Positions 9,282 to 17,650 are shown, numbered from the stretch's first letter. The stretch is 64,000 bases of DNA from a virus (IMGVR_UViG_3300043436_004120:1-64000); one strand, 5' to 3'. Numbers and translations are program-made. The notes: generated from the sequence alone by a model not told the origin.

Positions 9282-9996
9282 CGTTCATGGCATTGTAGTA
9301 ACCATGAGGATTAGCAACCACACGAGTATCACCAAGCACAATATCTGTAGCATCATGTGTGTGGCCAAAAAGCCAAGTAGCATCAGACATAGTAGAAATA
9401 TACTCACCAAGATTATTAGCAAAGTAGTCATTTAGTAGGTTAGCTCCACGCCAACGTGGTGCAATGCACTCACGAGCTGGCAAAAAGTGTGTGACAACCA
9501 CAACTTTACTACCCTCACGATGTTCGTATTGATCTTTGATAAAATCAAAGTGTTGGTAGTAGGTTTGTGCACAACGGTTAACATCAAAGTCACGGATCAC
9601 ACGAAAATCATTGATGCCACGCTTGGCTGCACTTTGACTAAACGGATTAGCATCAAAGTTAGTCCACAGTGTACCACCAACAAATAACACATCGTCAATT
9701 TCAACAGTACCAGGGTTTAAAAAGTGCACGCCTTCAATGTCGGCACATTTAGCTGCCATTTTGGTGTTAAAGTCATCAAAGCTGGTACCATAGTACTCAT
9801 GGTTGCCAGGCACGTACACAATCTCGGGGAAGCCACAATCTAAAAAGTGTTTGATAACATCAATGGTATTGGTTGAGCCACTGGCAATGTCGCCAGCAAG
9901 CACAAGCACATCTTCACCACGATACTCCGACATTTGGTGAGTTTTGTAAGGTAAGCGGAATTCTGTGTGTAGGTCTGAAAGTAGTCTGATTTTCAT
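9241..9996 (-). CDS. calcineurin-like metallophosphoesterase
   Basis: 251 aa with GDIASG..GNHEYYG..GHTHD motif series. Confidence 0.65.
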   Translation of the reverse strand: MKIRLLSDLHTEFRLPYKTHQMSEYRGEDVLVLAGDIASGSTNTIDVIKHFLDCGFPEIVYVPGNHEYYGTSFDDFNTKMAAKCADIEGVHFLNPGTVEIDDVLFVGGTLWTNFDANPFSQSAAKRGINDFRVIRDFDVNRCAQTYYQHFDFIKDQYEHREGSKVVVVTHFLPARECIAPRWRGANLLNDYFANNLGEYISTMSDATWLFGHTHDATDIVLGDTRVVANPHGYYNAMNDGVGFDPFKTIEV

Positions 9997-10043
9997 ATAT
10001 TTTGTTCCTTATGCCATTATTATACCAGACTAAGCTCGGCCTG

Positions 10044-10505
10044 TCAACTATAAAAAATATGATTTCCAATAACAGCTACCACACGCTTGCTGTATTTCCA
10101 GCGGGGTTTGACTTGTTTGGTATGAAAATAAAGGGCTTTAAAGTCTGGTAAATGTATTGAGTTGGTTAGTACAGCAGTAGCAACAGCCACTGACGCTTCC
10201 CAGGCTTTAATGTCTTTGATCTTTTTTGTGCGGCCAATAGTCCACGAAAACTGTCGGTCTGCATAAACAACATTGCAGATATTGTTTTGAAACTTACCGC
10301 TAGCAACACGGTTAACAGTAACTTGTGCAACTGCAATCTGTCCTTGCAGTGGTTCGCCACGAGCCTCGTGATAAATATTCTTGGCCAAACAGTTTATTTC
10401 TATTCTGCTAGCAAATTTGGTTTTTGGTGCTGCCAGGGAACCCGTTCCTAATCCTATAGTCGTTAGCATCGTTATTGCTAAGATCCCTAGTTTGAATGTT
10501 TTCAT
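10044..10505 (-). CDS. secreted cell-wall hydrolase (SleB/CwlJ Hydrolase_2-like)
   Basis: Signal peptide, then YHEARGEPLQGQIAVAQVTVNRV and QFSW motifs characteristic of the SleB family. Confidence 0.55.
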   Translation of the reverse strand: MKTFKLGILAITMLTTIGLGTGSLAAPKTKFASRIEINCLAKNIYHEARGEPLQGQIAVAQVTVNRVASGKFQNNICNVVYADRQFSWTIGRTKKIKDIKAWEASVAVATAVLTNSIHLPDFKALYFHTKQVKPRWKYSKRVVAVIGNHIFYS

Positions 10506-10564
10506 TTAAGATCTCCATTATGCAGTCAAAGCTACGTTGCTCTAGGGCAGTGCCTTGGCCAGTG

Positions 10565-10882
10565 TCAAGTTTCTCCGCTAGGTGCTGGAGTAAAACTAGA
10601 ATTTCGAAGTGTTTCATAAGCCTGTGCTAGTTCTCCTAATTGGCGCTGCAAGTTAAACAGTGCTTGATTAGATTGTTCGATTTGGCCGTGCAATGCAAGT
10701 ATTACATTTGCTGCCTTTATCATTAAATGTGTTGGCGGAGTATTTACCTGATAAGGATCGTTATCCCCATCTTGTACTGTATAACTATCTCCGTGCTTTA
10801 ATCGGTGTACAAGCAGATTAATGTCCATATTTTCTTTTAAAAAATTGCATAGAGTTACATTATAACCGAAACACCGTGCCAT
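10565..10882 (-). CDS. hypothetical protein (first gene of the minus operon)
   Basis: 105 aa ORF reading away from a divergent promoter region. Confidence 0.4.
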   Translation of the reverse strand: MARCFGYNVTLCNFLKENMDINLLVHRLKHGDSYTVQDGDNDPYQVNTPPTHLMIKAANVILALHGQIEQSNQALFNLQRQLGELAQAYETLRNSSFTPAPSGET

Positions 10883-10932
10883 GGCAAGTCAAAATTTTCG
10901 TGCTGTGCGCCAAACCACGAAAAAATTTTGTG

Positions 10933-10961
10933 TTGACTTAGTGGTACCGCCGTGATATAAT
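10933..10961 (+). promoter_or_regulatory. sigma70-like promoter TTGACT-N17-TATAAT
   Basis: Consensus hexamers, 17-nt spacer, in a divergent intergenic region. Confidence 0.5.
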
Positions 10962-11089
10962 TACAAATCTAGCACATCTGGGCCTTTTATTTATGAAATT
11001 CAGCGAGTTTATTAAAACCTACGCGCTACAAGCGTACCTTGATTATTGCAAGCGAAACTCAATTGAACCGCTGGTGGACATAAAAGAAG

Positions 11090-11599
11090 TTGTTCCTACT
11101 AAAGTGTGTGCATTACTTAAACCAAACTCAGACCACAATGCCTAAACTAGACGAAATCGAACACATTACAGTATTTGGACCACAAATTACTTTAACAGAC
11201 GCACAAAAAGAACAATTACTTGCGGCCGCTGATGATATTCAAGAACGCGCTATTAAAGCTGAAAAAGAATATTATGGCACAGCACTAAAATTTGACCAAA
11301 ACAAACTACCTCTTAACTTGCTGAGTACTGAAGCCATGAACCAAACCGCAGCAGTTTTGGCTTTTGGTGCACAAAAGTACGCAGAACACAACTGGCGTAA
11401 AGGCTTTGCCTGGAGCCGACCCTTAGCCGCAGCAATGCGACACATTACAGCATTTAATGACGGTGAAGACTGTGACCCTGAATCGGGCCTATCGCACCTG
11501 GCTCATGCAGCCTGCTGTATTATGTTCCTTTTAGAATTCGAGAAAACTCACCCCCACCTAGATGACAGATACAAACCCAACGTACCGCCGATTAACTAA
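11090..11599 (+). CDS. dATP/dGTP diphosphohydrolase-like (MazG-related) protein
   Basis: GAQKYAEHNWRKG, RHITAFNDGEDCDPESGLSHLAHAACC and FLLE motifs; probable true start is the internal Met at 11138. Confidence 0.4.
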   Translation: MFLLKCVHYLNQTQTTMPKLDEIEHITVFGPQITLTDAQKEQLLAAADDIQERAIKAEKEYYGTALKFDQNKLPLNLLSTEAMNQTAAVLAFGAQKYAEHNWRKGFAWSRPLAAAMRHITAFNDGEDCDPESGLSHLAHAACCIMFLLEFEKTHPHLDDRYKPNVPPIN

Positions 11600-11795
11600 A
11601 CAGCTATCAGGTACTCGCAAGACCCTAACCCAAGCCTGCCTAGACGCAGGCGTAGACATAGAAGACGTAGATGATTACTTGCTGGAACAGTGGGTCAAAG
11701 AATGTTCACACTGCGGTATTTGGGGCACTGACCACAGAACTGATTCGGACGACTTTCCAGTGTGCCGAATTTGTTTTGGCTTAGTTGGTCGATAA
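11562..11795 (+). CDS. small zinc-ribbon protein
   Basis: 77 aa; CSHCG-x16-CRIC. Confidence 0.4.
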   Translation: MTDTNPTYRRLTKQLSGTRKTLTQACLDAGVDIEDVDDYLLEQWVKECSHCGIWGTDHRTDSDDFPVCRICFGLVGR

Positions 11796-11839
11796 TTTTA
11801 CAGTTGACATAGCGAGTTATATTTAGTATAATTATCGCT

Positions 11840-12847
11840 ATGAACACATTTAATCCAAACATCAATCGCATTGGCTTTGCTTGTAAAATTCAAAGTGAGC
11901 ACGATACTGCACACCCAGACTTGAACACCAAGTCCACAACCATTACATATCTGGCTCGTCAAACACCTGATGCACAACGTGCCAAGCTATGGGATTTGCT
12001 CAACCACAATTTGAGCACGTTCTATCGCCAGCTAAAGTGGGTTGCCAAGCAGCCAGCAAACCAACGTATGTTTCGTATTACGTCAGACTTGCTGCCAGCA
12101 TATACTCACGACGACTATATGGCCTTTTACTTCCAGCCCGACGTAGTTGCCAAACTTGAATCGCAGTTGAGTATGTGCGGCGAGTTTGCTCGTGCCAATG
12201 ATATTCGACTAAGTTTCCACCCAGGCCAGTTCTGTGTGTTGGCATCGGAGAATCCTGGTGTTGTTGAGAATTCGATCACCGAGTTCGAGTATCATGCTGA
12301 CCTAATCCGTTATATGGGTTATGGCAAAACATTTCAAGACTTCAAATGCAATGTGCACGTTGGCGGCAAGCTGGGTCCGGACGGTATCAAAGCTGCAATG
12401 CGTCGTCTTAGCCCCGAAGCACGCAATTGTTTAACAATCGAAAACGCCGAGTTTACCTGGGGTCTTGATGCCAGCTTAGAGCTGGTTGACACTTGTGCCC
12501 TAGTCTTAGACATTCACCACCACTGGATTAACACCGGAGAATACATTGAACCTACTGACCATCGTTTCAAACGTGTTCAAGATAGCTGGCGTGGTGTGCG
12601 TCCTGTTATTCACTATAGTGTTAGTCGAGAAGATTGCATTGTTGACCACGATACCGCAGTGCGTCCTGACTTAAAACAATTAAAGTCGCAAGGCTTTACA
12701 GCAGCTAAACTTCGTGCTCACAGCGACTACTACTGGAATCAAGCAGTAAATTCTTGGGCCTTGACTTTTAGTCCATATGCTGATATAATGTGTGAATCAA
12801 AACAAAAAAACTTAGCAAGCACTCAACTAATCAAACAACTAACATAA
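11840..12847 (+). CDS. uvsE: UV DNA damage endonuclease (UvdE/UvsE family)
   Basis: 335 aa; RIGFACKIQ N-terminal motif, LTIENAEFTWG and HxH motifs typical of UVDE TIM-barrel endonucleases. Confidence 0.6.
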   Translation: MNTFNPNINRIGFACKIQSEHDTAHPDLNTKSTTITYLARQTPDAQRAKLWDLLNHNLSTFYRQLKWVAKQPANQRMFRITSDLLPAYTHDDYMAFYFQPDVVAKLESQLSMCGEFARANDIRLSFHPGQFCVLASENPGVVENSITEFEYHADLIRYMGYGKTFQDFKCNVHVGGKLGPDGIKAAMRRLSPEARNCLTIENAEFTWGLDASLELVDTCALVLDIHHHWINTGEYIEPTDHRFKRVQDSWRGVRPVIHYSVSREDCIVDHDTAVRPDLKQLKSQGFTAAKLRAHSDYYWNQAVNSWALTFSPYADIMCESKQKNLASTQLIKQLT

Positions 12848-12851
12848 TACC

Positions 12852-13310
12852 ATGAATCCAACTAACCCAAACTTACGCGAATTTGCAGCCGGAACTAAAA
12901 ATGACGCAATCTTTAAAACATCGGCACCTTACAACAACCCTTATCAGACTGATCGTCCTCGCTGGTTGTTTGTGTGCAGTGCTGGCCTCTTGCGAAGCCC
13001 AACCGGCGCTGCTCTAGCCATTCAACGAGGAATCAACGCCAGATCGTGTGGAAGCAATTTTAACTATGCGTTGATTCCTTGCAGTGCCAATTTGATTAAC
13101 TGGGCAGACAAAATCGTGTTTGTTAATCGTGAGAACCTGTGGAACTTAGAAGATAACTTCCTAGGCCATGCGTACTTGTTGGAGCAAATTGAATCTAAGC
13201 AAATTGTGCTGAACATTCCAGACAACTACGAATACATGGACCCAGAGTTGGTAGGTTTCTTTGAAGCTGAGCTGTTCGTACCCTATGGCCCAGTAACAAA
13301 GAAAATGTAA
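12852..13310 (+). CDS. low-molecular-weight phosphatase / ArsC-like protein (CX5R P-loop)
   Basis: 152 aa; FVCSAGLLRSPTG matches the C-X5-R(S/T) signature. Confidence 0.45.
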   Translation: MNPTNPNLREFAAGTKNDAIFKTSAPYNNPYQTDRPRWLFVCSAGLLRSPTGAALAIQRGINARSCGSNFNYALIPCSANLINWADKIVFVNRENLWNLEDNFLGHAYLLEQIESKQIVLNIPDNYEYMDPELVGFFEAELFVPYGPVTKKM

Positions 13311-13315
13311 CACAT

Positions 13316-13387
13316 CTGGCTATCGTATAACGGATAATACAGGGGTCTTCTAAGCCCTTAATGTGGGTTCGATTCCTGCTAGCCGGG
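13316..13387 (+). tRNA. tRNA-Arg(TCT)
   Basis: Acceptor CTGGCTA/TAGCCGG, D-stem GTAT/ATAC, anticodon loop CTTCTAA, T-arm GTGGG-TTCGATT-CCTGC, CCA encoded. Confidence 0.75.
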
Positions 13388-13397
13388 CCAAAATAAT

Positions 13398-13817
13398 ATG
13401 TTAGAATGTTTAATAGTTGGCGACTCTATAGCCGTGGGCGTTGCCCAGCATAAGCCTGAATGTAGTATATATGCTAAAGGTGGCATTAATAGTTGGCAGT
13501 GGAACCGTCAATATCGTGATGCACACTTGAATACAAAAGTAGTTCTTATTAGTTTAGGTTCTAACGACCACAGCGGGGTTAAAACTTTGCAAGAACTAGA
13601 ACGCTTACGAGAACGCATAACCGCTGCTCGTGTATACTGGGTGCTTCCACACGGAAACTTAAAAGCTAGCAATATACCTATTAGTACTATTCAGATCTGG
13701 GTTAAGAAAATTGCAGAGAAGTATAGTGATATAGTGCTGCCTATTACATATCCAAGCAGTGACGGAATACACCCTAGCACTCGTGGATACAAACACTTGG
13801 CTGAACAAGTACAATAA
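13398..13817 (+). CDS. SGNH/GDSL-family hydrolase (esterase/acetyl-esterase)
   Basis: GDSIAVG (block I), GSNDH (block III), DGIHP (block V). Confidence 0.65.
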   Translation: MLECLIVGDSIAVGVAQHKPECSIYAKGGINSWQWNRQYRDAHLNTKVVLISLGSNDHSGVKTLQELERLRERITAARVYWVLPHGNLKASNIPISTIQIWVKKIAEKYSDIVLPITYPSSDGIHPSTRGYKHLAEQVQ

Positions 13818-13877
13818 ATTCAAACTTGAACATTTGCTTAAATCAGATTATAATATAGTCTGATTTGGAGAAATAAT

Positions 13878-14222
13878 ATGAGTGAATATACACCAGACGT
13901 TTGGGTTGTCTTAGAATTTGATGCACCTGAACTGGAGAAACCAACACGCAAAGTATTTGCTGGCTGGTATGGCGGCTTTGCTGGGAGCAATAGTTGGAAG
14001 CTGAATTCGGGTATTACTGCTATACGTAAGGTTGAAGACTGGTTTGAATTCGACGGTTATAGTGGCAGCACATACCGCTGTCATAACAACAACTACCACT
14101 TGAGTGGCTTAATGCACGGAGTATTAGCCAATTGGCTAAAACAGGCTGATGAGCGTGGTGATACTAAGATTCGTGTTTTGACACTTGACGAAGTAGCTGA
14201 AATGCTTTATAATATAGGCTGA
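13878..14222 (+). CDS. hypothetical protein
   Basis: 114 aa; its leader TATAATATAGTCTGATTTGGAGA is repeated almost exactly in the next gene. Confidence 0.45.
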   Translation: MSEYTPDVWVVLEFDAPELEKPTRKVFAGWYGGFAGSNSWKLNSGITAIRKVEDWFEFDGYSGSTYRCHNNNYHLSGLMHGVLANWLKQADERGDTKIRVLTLDEVAEMLYNIG

Positions 14223-14234
14223 TTTGGAGATATT

Positions 14235-14432
14235 ATGGCAGGCTATTCACGCGAATTTTTAATTAGTGCTTTTATGTCACGATACATTAATTGTACTCTC
14301 ATATCTATTGAGAGTCTTGTGCATCTTGAACAAATGGCACACGATCTTTATGATCGAGTAGGTCGTGACAGCTTTCGTACTTATGCCAGCTTAGATGCTG
14401 AAGCAATTCGAGTCTATAAAAATAGTTTATAA
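14235..14432 (+). CDS. hypothetical protein
   Basis: 65 aa; same conserved promoter/leader module as the previous gene. Confidence 0.4.
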   Translation: MAGYSREFLISAFMSRYINCTLISIESLVHLEQMAHDLYDRVGRDSFRTYASLDAEAIRVYKNSL

Positions 14433-14439
14433 TTAAGTC

Positions 14440-14700
14440 CCGCCATGCTTGCCTAGCACGTCCCTAGTATTAGGCAGCACACTTCGGTCGAAACGGGTGA
14501 AAGCCCCGTCTTTGTAAAATAAACGCCCCGCCGCTGTAGAGGGGATGTTTCGGATATTCTAAGATACAGCAGGACTGTCGTCCTGGTTCAAGACTATATT
14601 GAGACACTTTAGGGAGTGTCTCCATATAAAAGCACATACTGTTCCGCCCTCTAGTAAGGGAGATAGCGACTAGCGTTGAAGGACGGTTTAAATGTGTTTT
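14440..14700 (+). ncRNA. candidate structured ncRNA (multiple GC-rich hairpins) preceding a tRNA-like element
   Basis: No ORF; consecutive perfect hairpins (ACGGG-TGAAAGC-CCCGT, CAGGAC-TGTC-GTCCTG, GAGACACT-TTAGGG-AGTGTCTC and others). Confidence 0.3.
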
Positions 14701-14705
14701 TATAT

Positions 14706-14876
14706 GGATCGGTAGCTTATATGGTTAAAGCACAAAGCCGGCATACAACACTTTTGAATGTAGATAGTTGACCCTGGCCCTGCAACGGCGTAATCAGCTA
14801 CAATTCAGCCTGAGTTCGAATACATGGTCGTGTGTTGTATAATTTTAGGAAGCAGGTTCGAGTCCTGCCCGATCCA
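14706..14876 (+). tRNA. interrupted tRNA-like gene (canonical 5' acceptor/D-arm and 3' T-arm/acceptor separated by a ~100-nt insertion)
   Basis: 5' GGATCGG-TA-GCTT..AAGC and 3' GCAGG-TTCGAGT-CCTGC-CCGATCC-A-CCA pair perfectly, yet no standard anticodon arm can be folded between them. Confidence 0.35.
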
Positions 14877-15018
14877 CCATAATTTAACACATTAGGCGAA
14901 CAATGGCTCCTATTGCAGCCTAAGTAGTTTAATGTGTTAAATTATGGGTTTAAAAATTTACACTTGTGGTTATATGCTTTTTCAAGTATAATTACTACTC
15001 TTTGAAAGAAACACTACC

Positions 15019-15159
15019 ATGCGAGTTTTTACCAAAATCAACGGAAAATTAGCTGTGTGGGACTGTGACGGCACTGACTACGATTCAGCAATTCGTGCAG
15101 TTCGTGATGAATTAGGCCGAGAACATCGCAACGCTGTTTTAGCCCTTGTAAAATATTGA
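15019..15159 (+). CDS. small hypothetical protein (46 aa)
   Basis: ATG..TGA ORF below the track cut-off, downstream of a TATAAT element. Confidence 0.25.
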   Translation: MRVFTKINGKLAVWDCDGTDYDSAIRAVRDELGREHRNAVLALVKY

Positions 15160-15263
15160 CTTGATTGTGCAGCCCTTTTGCTGTATAATTATTATTCTGA
15201 TCTTGCTTCCACCGACAGATCGCTATATCGGGGAGATTTCGCACTATTCTAAAAAGTGTGTAT

Positions 15264-15334
15264 CAGGGCGTAGTGAAATGGCATCACCCGACGTTTGGGA
15301 CGTTGTAGCGCAAGTTCGATTCTTGCCGCCTTGA
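15264..15334 (+). tRNA. tRNA-Pro(TGG)
   Basis: Acceptor CAGGGCG/CGCCTTG, D-stem GTGA/TCAC, anticodon loop TTTGGGA, T-arm GCAAG-TTCGATT-CTTGC, CCA encoded. Confidence 0.7.
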
Positions 15335-15516
15335 CCATATCGTTGTATGCTTTGCTAGTGGCCAATTCAGTTATGGAACATTGCAGGCTTGAGAACATTA
15401 ACACCCGGGAAGGTTAGTGGGTATGGCTTGAGTTCTGGTACAGGTGTACGTCATGAATACGCTAAGCCAGAAACACACCCTTAGCGGGGTGGGTAGTAAA
15501 CAAAGTATACAACAAT

Positions 15517-15684
15517 ATGGAAACAAAAAGCGTTTCACGAACATTTACTCCGTATTTGGATAAAATACGTGAGATAGTCTACACAACTAAAGTAGACCAA
15601 AATAACAAAGAGTTTGTGCAACAAGTAGTCTACTACAGACCTGTAGACCCTAGTCGTGGTATAAACGTAGACATAAAAGTATAA
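15517..15684 (+). CDS. small hypothetical protein (55 aa)
   Basis: ATG..TAA ORF between tRNAs; not in the track (<60 aa). Confidence 0.3.
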   Translation: METKSVSRTFTPYLDKIREIVYTTKVDQNNKEFVQQVVYYRPVDPSRGINVDIKV

Positions 15685-15685
15685 T

Positions 15686-15766
15686 GCGTTGGTGGTGGAA
15701 TGGTATACACGCTGGTCTTAGAAGCCAGTGCCGCAAGGATTGAGAGTTCGAGTCTCTCTCGACGCA
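15686..15766 (+). tRNA. tRNA-Leu(TAG), type II
   Basis: Acceptor GCGTTGG/TCGACGC, anticodon stem CTGGT/GCCAG with loop CTTAGAA, long variable arm, T-arm GAGAG-TTCGAGT-CTCTC. Confidence 0.75.
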
Positions 15767-15775
15767 CCACAATTT

Positions 15776-15847
15776 GGGCTGTTAGTGATAATGGTAGCAC
15801 ATGTGCTTTGCAAGCATGAAGCGGGAGTTCGATCCTCCCACGGTCCA
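15776..15847 (+). tRNA. tRNA-Ala(TGC)
   Basis: Acceptor GGGCTGT/ACGGTCC with a G3:U70 pair, anticodon loop TTTGCAA, T-arm GGGAG-TTCGATC-CTCCC. Confidence 0.75.
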
Positions 15848-15859
15848 CCAAAGGAATAT

Positions 15860-15982
15860 ATGAAAACACGAAAACCTCGAAACCACGTGCAGCTTGCGTT
15901 GCTAAAACGTAATGGCAGTGGTTTCCATCAAAAAAGCCACAAGCAGCTTCGTGGCCAATGGAAGCGCAGCCTGGACGTATAA
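15860..15982 (+). CDS. small, very basic protein (40 aa, K/R-rich)
   Basis: Good SD (AAGGAA) 7 nt upstream of the ATG; its 3' end overlaps the start of tRNA-Lys by ~10 nt. Confidence 0.35.
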   Translation: MKTRKPRNHVQLALLKRNGSGFHQKSHKQLRGQWKRSLDV

Positions 15983-16044
15983 CTTAACGGCTAAAGTAGT
16001 GGGCTTTTAACCTACAAATCAGAGTTCGATTCTCTGTGCGTCTA
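15973..16044 (+). tRNA. tRNA-Lys(TTT)
   Basis: Acceptor GGACGTA/TGCGTCT, D-stem ACTT/AAGT, anticodon loop CTTTTAA, T-arm CAGAG-TTCGATT-CTCTG. Confidence 0.75.
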
Positions 16045-16170
16045 CCATATTTGAGTGCATTAGCAGTTGGCGTTCAACCACTTGTTTAATCCTTGCAAGG
16101 CAACACGTCTAGGGAACAAAGTACAAGTTCCAAAAGTGGACGCTAGTGCATTCAAATATGGTATTTAACC

Positions 16171-16255
16171 GGGACATTACTCAAGTGGTTACGAGAGCGG
16201 TTTGCTAAACCGTCGTTGAGAAATCGGCGCACAGGTTCGAATCCTGTATGTCCCG
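16171..16255 (+). tRNA. tRNA-Ser(GCT), type II
   Basis: Acceptor GGGACAT/ATGTCCC, anticodon stem GCGGT/ACCGT with loop TTGCTAA, long variable arm, discriminator G. Confidence 0.7.
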
Positions 16256-16271
16256 CCAAACAAAGGAATTT

Positions 16272-16535
16272 ATGCCTTGCATAAAATGTGCTAATGGTAA
16301 GTGGAAGTATGGTGAAGGTGGTCGCTGTCAGTTTGATACCCTAAAAGCGTGTCGAGCAGCAGAAGCCGCTATTCATGCTAAGCCTAAGAACAATGCAGCA
16401 GGTAGTGTAATGGAAGCACCCGACTCTGTGAAAGTCGTAGACCGAGATCGAAACTCGACTGTCTGCCCAAAGGATAACCATGACCGAAATTCAGACACTC
16501 TTAGACAAAGAAGCCAATCTTGCCAATCGCCGTGA
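16272..16535 (+). CDS. hypothetical Cys-containing protein
   Basis: The track ORF begins at 16248 inside the tRNA; the internal ATG at 16272 has an AAGGAA SD and is the likelier start. Confidence 0.4.
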   Translation: MPCIKCANGKWKYGEGGRCQFDTLKACRAAEAAIHAKPKNNAAGSVMEAPDSVKVVDRDRNSTVCPKDNHDRNSDTLRQRSQSCQSP

Positions 16536-16692
16536 CTTAGTGCACAAGCAGATTAAAGTCTTGCGTGGTACTGAGCCTCCAGTTTGCTGGGGTATGGACG
16601 ATTGTTCTACAAACATCTTATCACAGTGTCCTTGGCGTATTGACTGTGCTAGCTATGCAGCTGAGCAGTTTCAAGGTTCAAGCAGCTGGTAA
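16480..16692 (+). CDS. hypothetical protein
   Basis: 70 aa, Cys/Trp-containing; SD AAGGA upstream. Confidence 0.35.
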   Translation: MTEIQTLLDKEANLANRRDLVHKQIKVLRGTEPPVCWGMDDCSTNILSQCPWRIDCASYAAEQFQGSSSW

Positions 16693-16698
16693 AATAAT

Positions 16699-16771
16699 GC
16701 AACTTTAGCTGATGTGGTCATAGCGGTCGCCTGAAGAGCGATGGAAACAGGTTCGATTCCTGTAGGTTGCA
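16699..16771 (+). tRNA. tRNA-Phe(GAA)
   Basis: Acceptor GCAACTT/AGGTTGC, anticodon stem GTCGC/GCGAT with loop CTGAAGA, T-arm ACAGG-TTCGATT-CCTGT. Confidence 0.7.
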
Positions 16772-16778
16772 CCAAGTA

Positions 16779-16903
16779 TTTATAAGTTTGACCCTAAGTT
16801 GGAGTGATTACCAATCCTTTACGAACGGACTAATCCACCTAGTAGTTGCAATAGGCCCACGTCTCAACTCAAAATTGCCCGTGGTTAGGGTTAAACTTAT
16901 AAA
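16779..16903. repeat. 19-bp inverted repeat TTTATAAGTTTGACCCTAA / TTAGGGTTAAACTTATAAA flanking ~87 nt, immediately upstream of an ACACTTG..TATAAT promoter
   Basis: Read directly; the arms carry the GACCCTAA core. Confidence 0.55.
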
Positions 16904-16958
16904 TATTCACTTGAACACACAGCTTAACTGCTGTATAATTAATCTTTAAACAAACAAC

Positions 16959-17030
16959 ACTCCGGTCGTCTAGTGGCTAGGACGCCAGCCTTTCAAGTTG
17001 GAGAAGCGGGATCGAAACCCGTTCGGAGTA
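16959..17030 (+). tRNA. tRNA-Glu(TTC), second copy
   Basis: Acceptor ACTCCGG/TCGGAGT, D-arm TCGTCTAGTGGCTAGGAC, anticodon loop CTTTCAA, T-loop ATCGAAA (slightly atypical). Confidence 0.65.
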
Positions 17031-17044
17031 CCAAAAATTTTCAT

Positions 17045-17127
17045 ACCTTGGTGCAGGGAATAGGAAGACCGGCAGTGTTGAGAACGCTGTGACCCAAGAG
17101 GTGCGGGTTCGAGTCCCGCTCAAGGTA
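17045..17127 (+). tRNA. tRNA-Leu(GAG), type II
   Basis: Acceptor ACCTTGG/TCAAGGT, anticodon stem CAGTG/CGCTG with loop TTGAGAA, long variable arm, T-arm GCGGG-TTCGAGT-CCCGC. Confidence 0.6.
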
Positions 17128-17269
17128 CCAATTTAATCGCCTGACTGGTGGCGTACAATGAGATAAGTAGCCAGTCACTAATTCTATCCTTGAGTTAAGC
17201 GGGGCCGTATACACCCTTGCCAATAGTTGGGAATGTCAACATCGGCGTTGACCTCAGGGGCCAAATATT

Positions 17270-17341
17270 ACTGGGGTAGCTCAGCGGCAGAGCACTCGCT
17301 TGATAAGCGATAGGTCGAGGTCTCGGTATCCTCCCTCAGTA
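17270..17341 (+). tRNA. tRNA-Ile(GAT)-like with aberrant T-loop (possibly degenerate)
   Basis: Acceptor ACTGGGG/CCTCAGT, D-arm GCTC..GAGC, anticodon loop TTGATAA; T-arm GAGGT-CTCGGTA-TCCTC departs from the TTCRANT consensus. Confidence 0.45.
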
Positions 17342-17418
17342 CCATATCAGCACGGCCATTAGTGCGGCCGCGAGTAGGTGCGAGGCCTACACCTTACACA
17401 CAACACACAGGAATTACT

Positions 17419-17646
17419 ATGAATCCATTTGAAATCCGTGCAGAACTAATTGCACAATCAGCTGACTTTTTAAAGCGTCAGCATGAAATCAACACCGAAT
17501 TTGCCAAGAAAACATTCGACCAACTTGTAACGCAAGGCCAAAAAGTTCAGGCCGACTACAAAGAGTATATGCCAAAAATGTACAGCTTTGAAGATGTGAT
17601 TGCTCAAGCCGAAAAGCTATACGGGTTTGTTAAAAATGCTAAGTGA
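17419..17646 (+). CDS. hypothetical protein
   Basis: The track ORF starts at 17362 inside tRNA/hairpin sequence; the internal ATG with AGGAA SD at 17419 is the likelier start. Confidence 0.45.
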   Translation: MNPFEIRAELIAQSADFLKRQHEINTEFAKKTFDQLVTQGQKVQADYKEYMPKMYSFEDVIAQAEKLYGFVKNAK

Positions 17647-17650
17647 GTTA

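Noticed and set aside
10993-11145. 50-aa ORF in the divergent promoter region overlapping the 5' end of track ORF 11090..11599
   Set aside because: It is possible, but it has no RBS, and the downstream gene more likely starts at the internal Met (11138). Coding potential cannot be settled from the sequence alone.
15633-15982. Track ORFs 15633..15869 (minus) and the 5' part of 15728..15982 (plus) running through tRNA-Leu/tRNA-Ala
   Set aside because: Both read across two canonical tRNA genes, and the plus ORF starts with GTG inside tRNA-Leu. Only the 3' basic 40-aa part (15860..15982, with an AAGGAA SD) is plausible. Similar tRNA-overlapping ORFs (17041..17223, 18407..18685, 18555..18767, 20226..20453, 21191..21435, 21652..22094) were discarded for the same reason.
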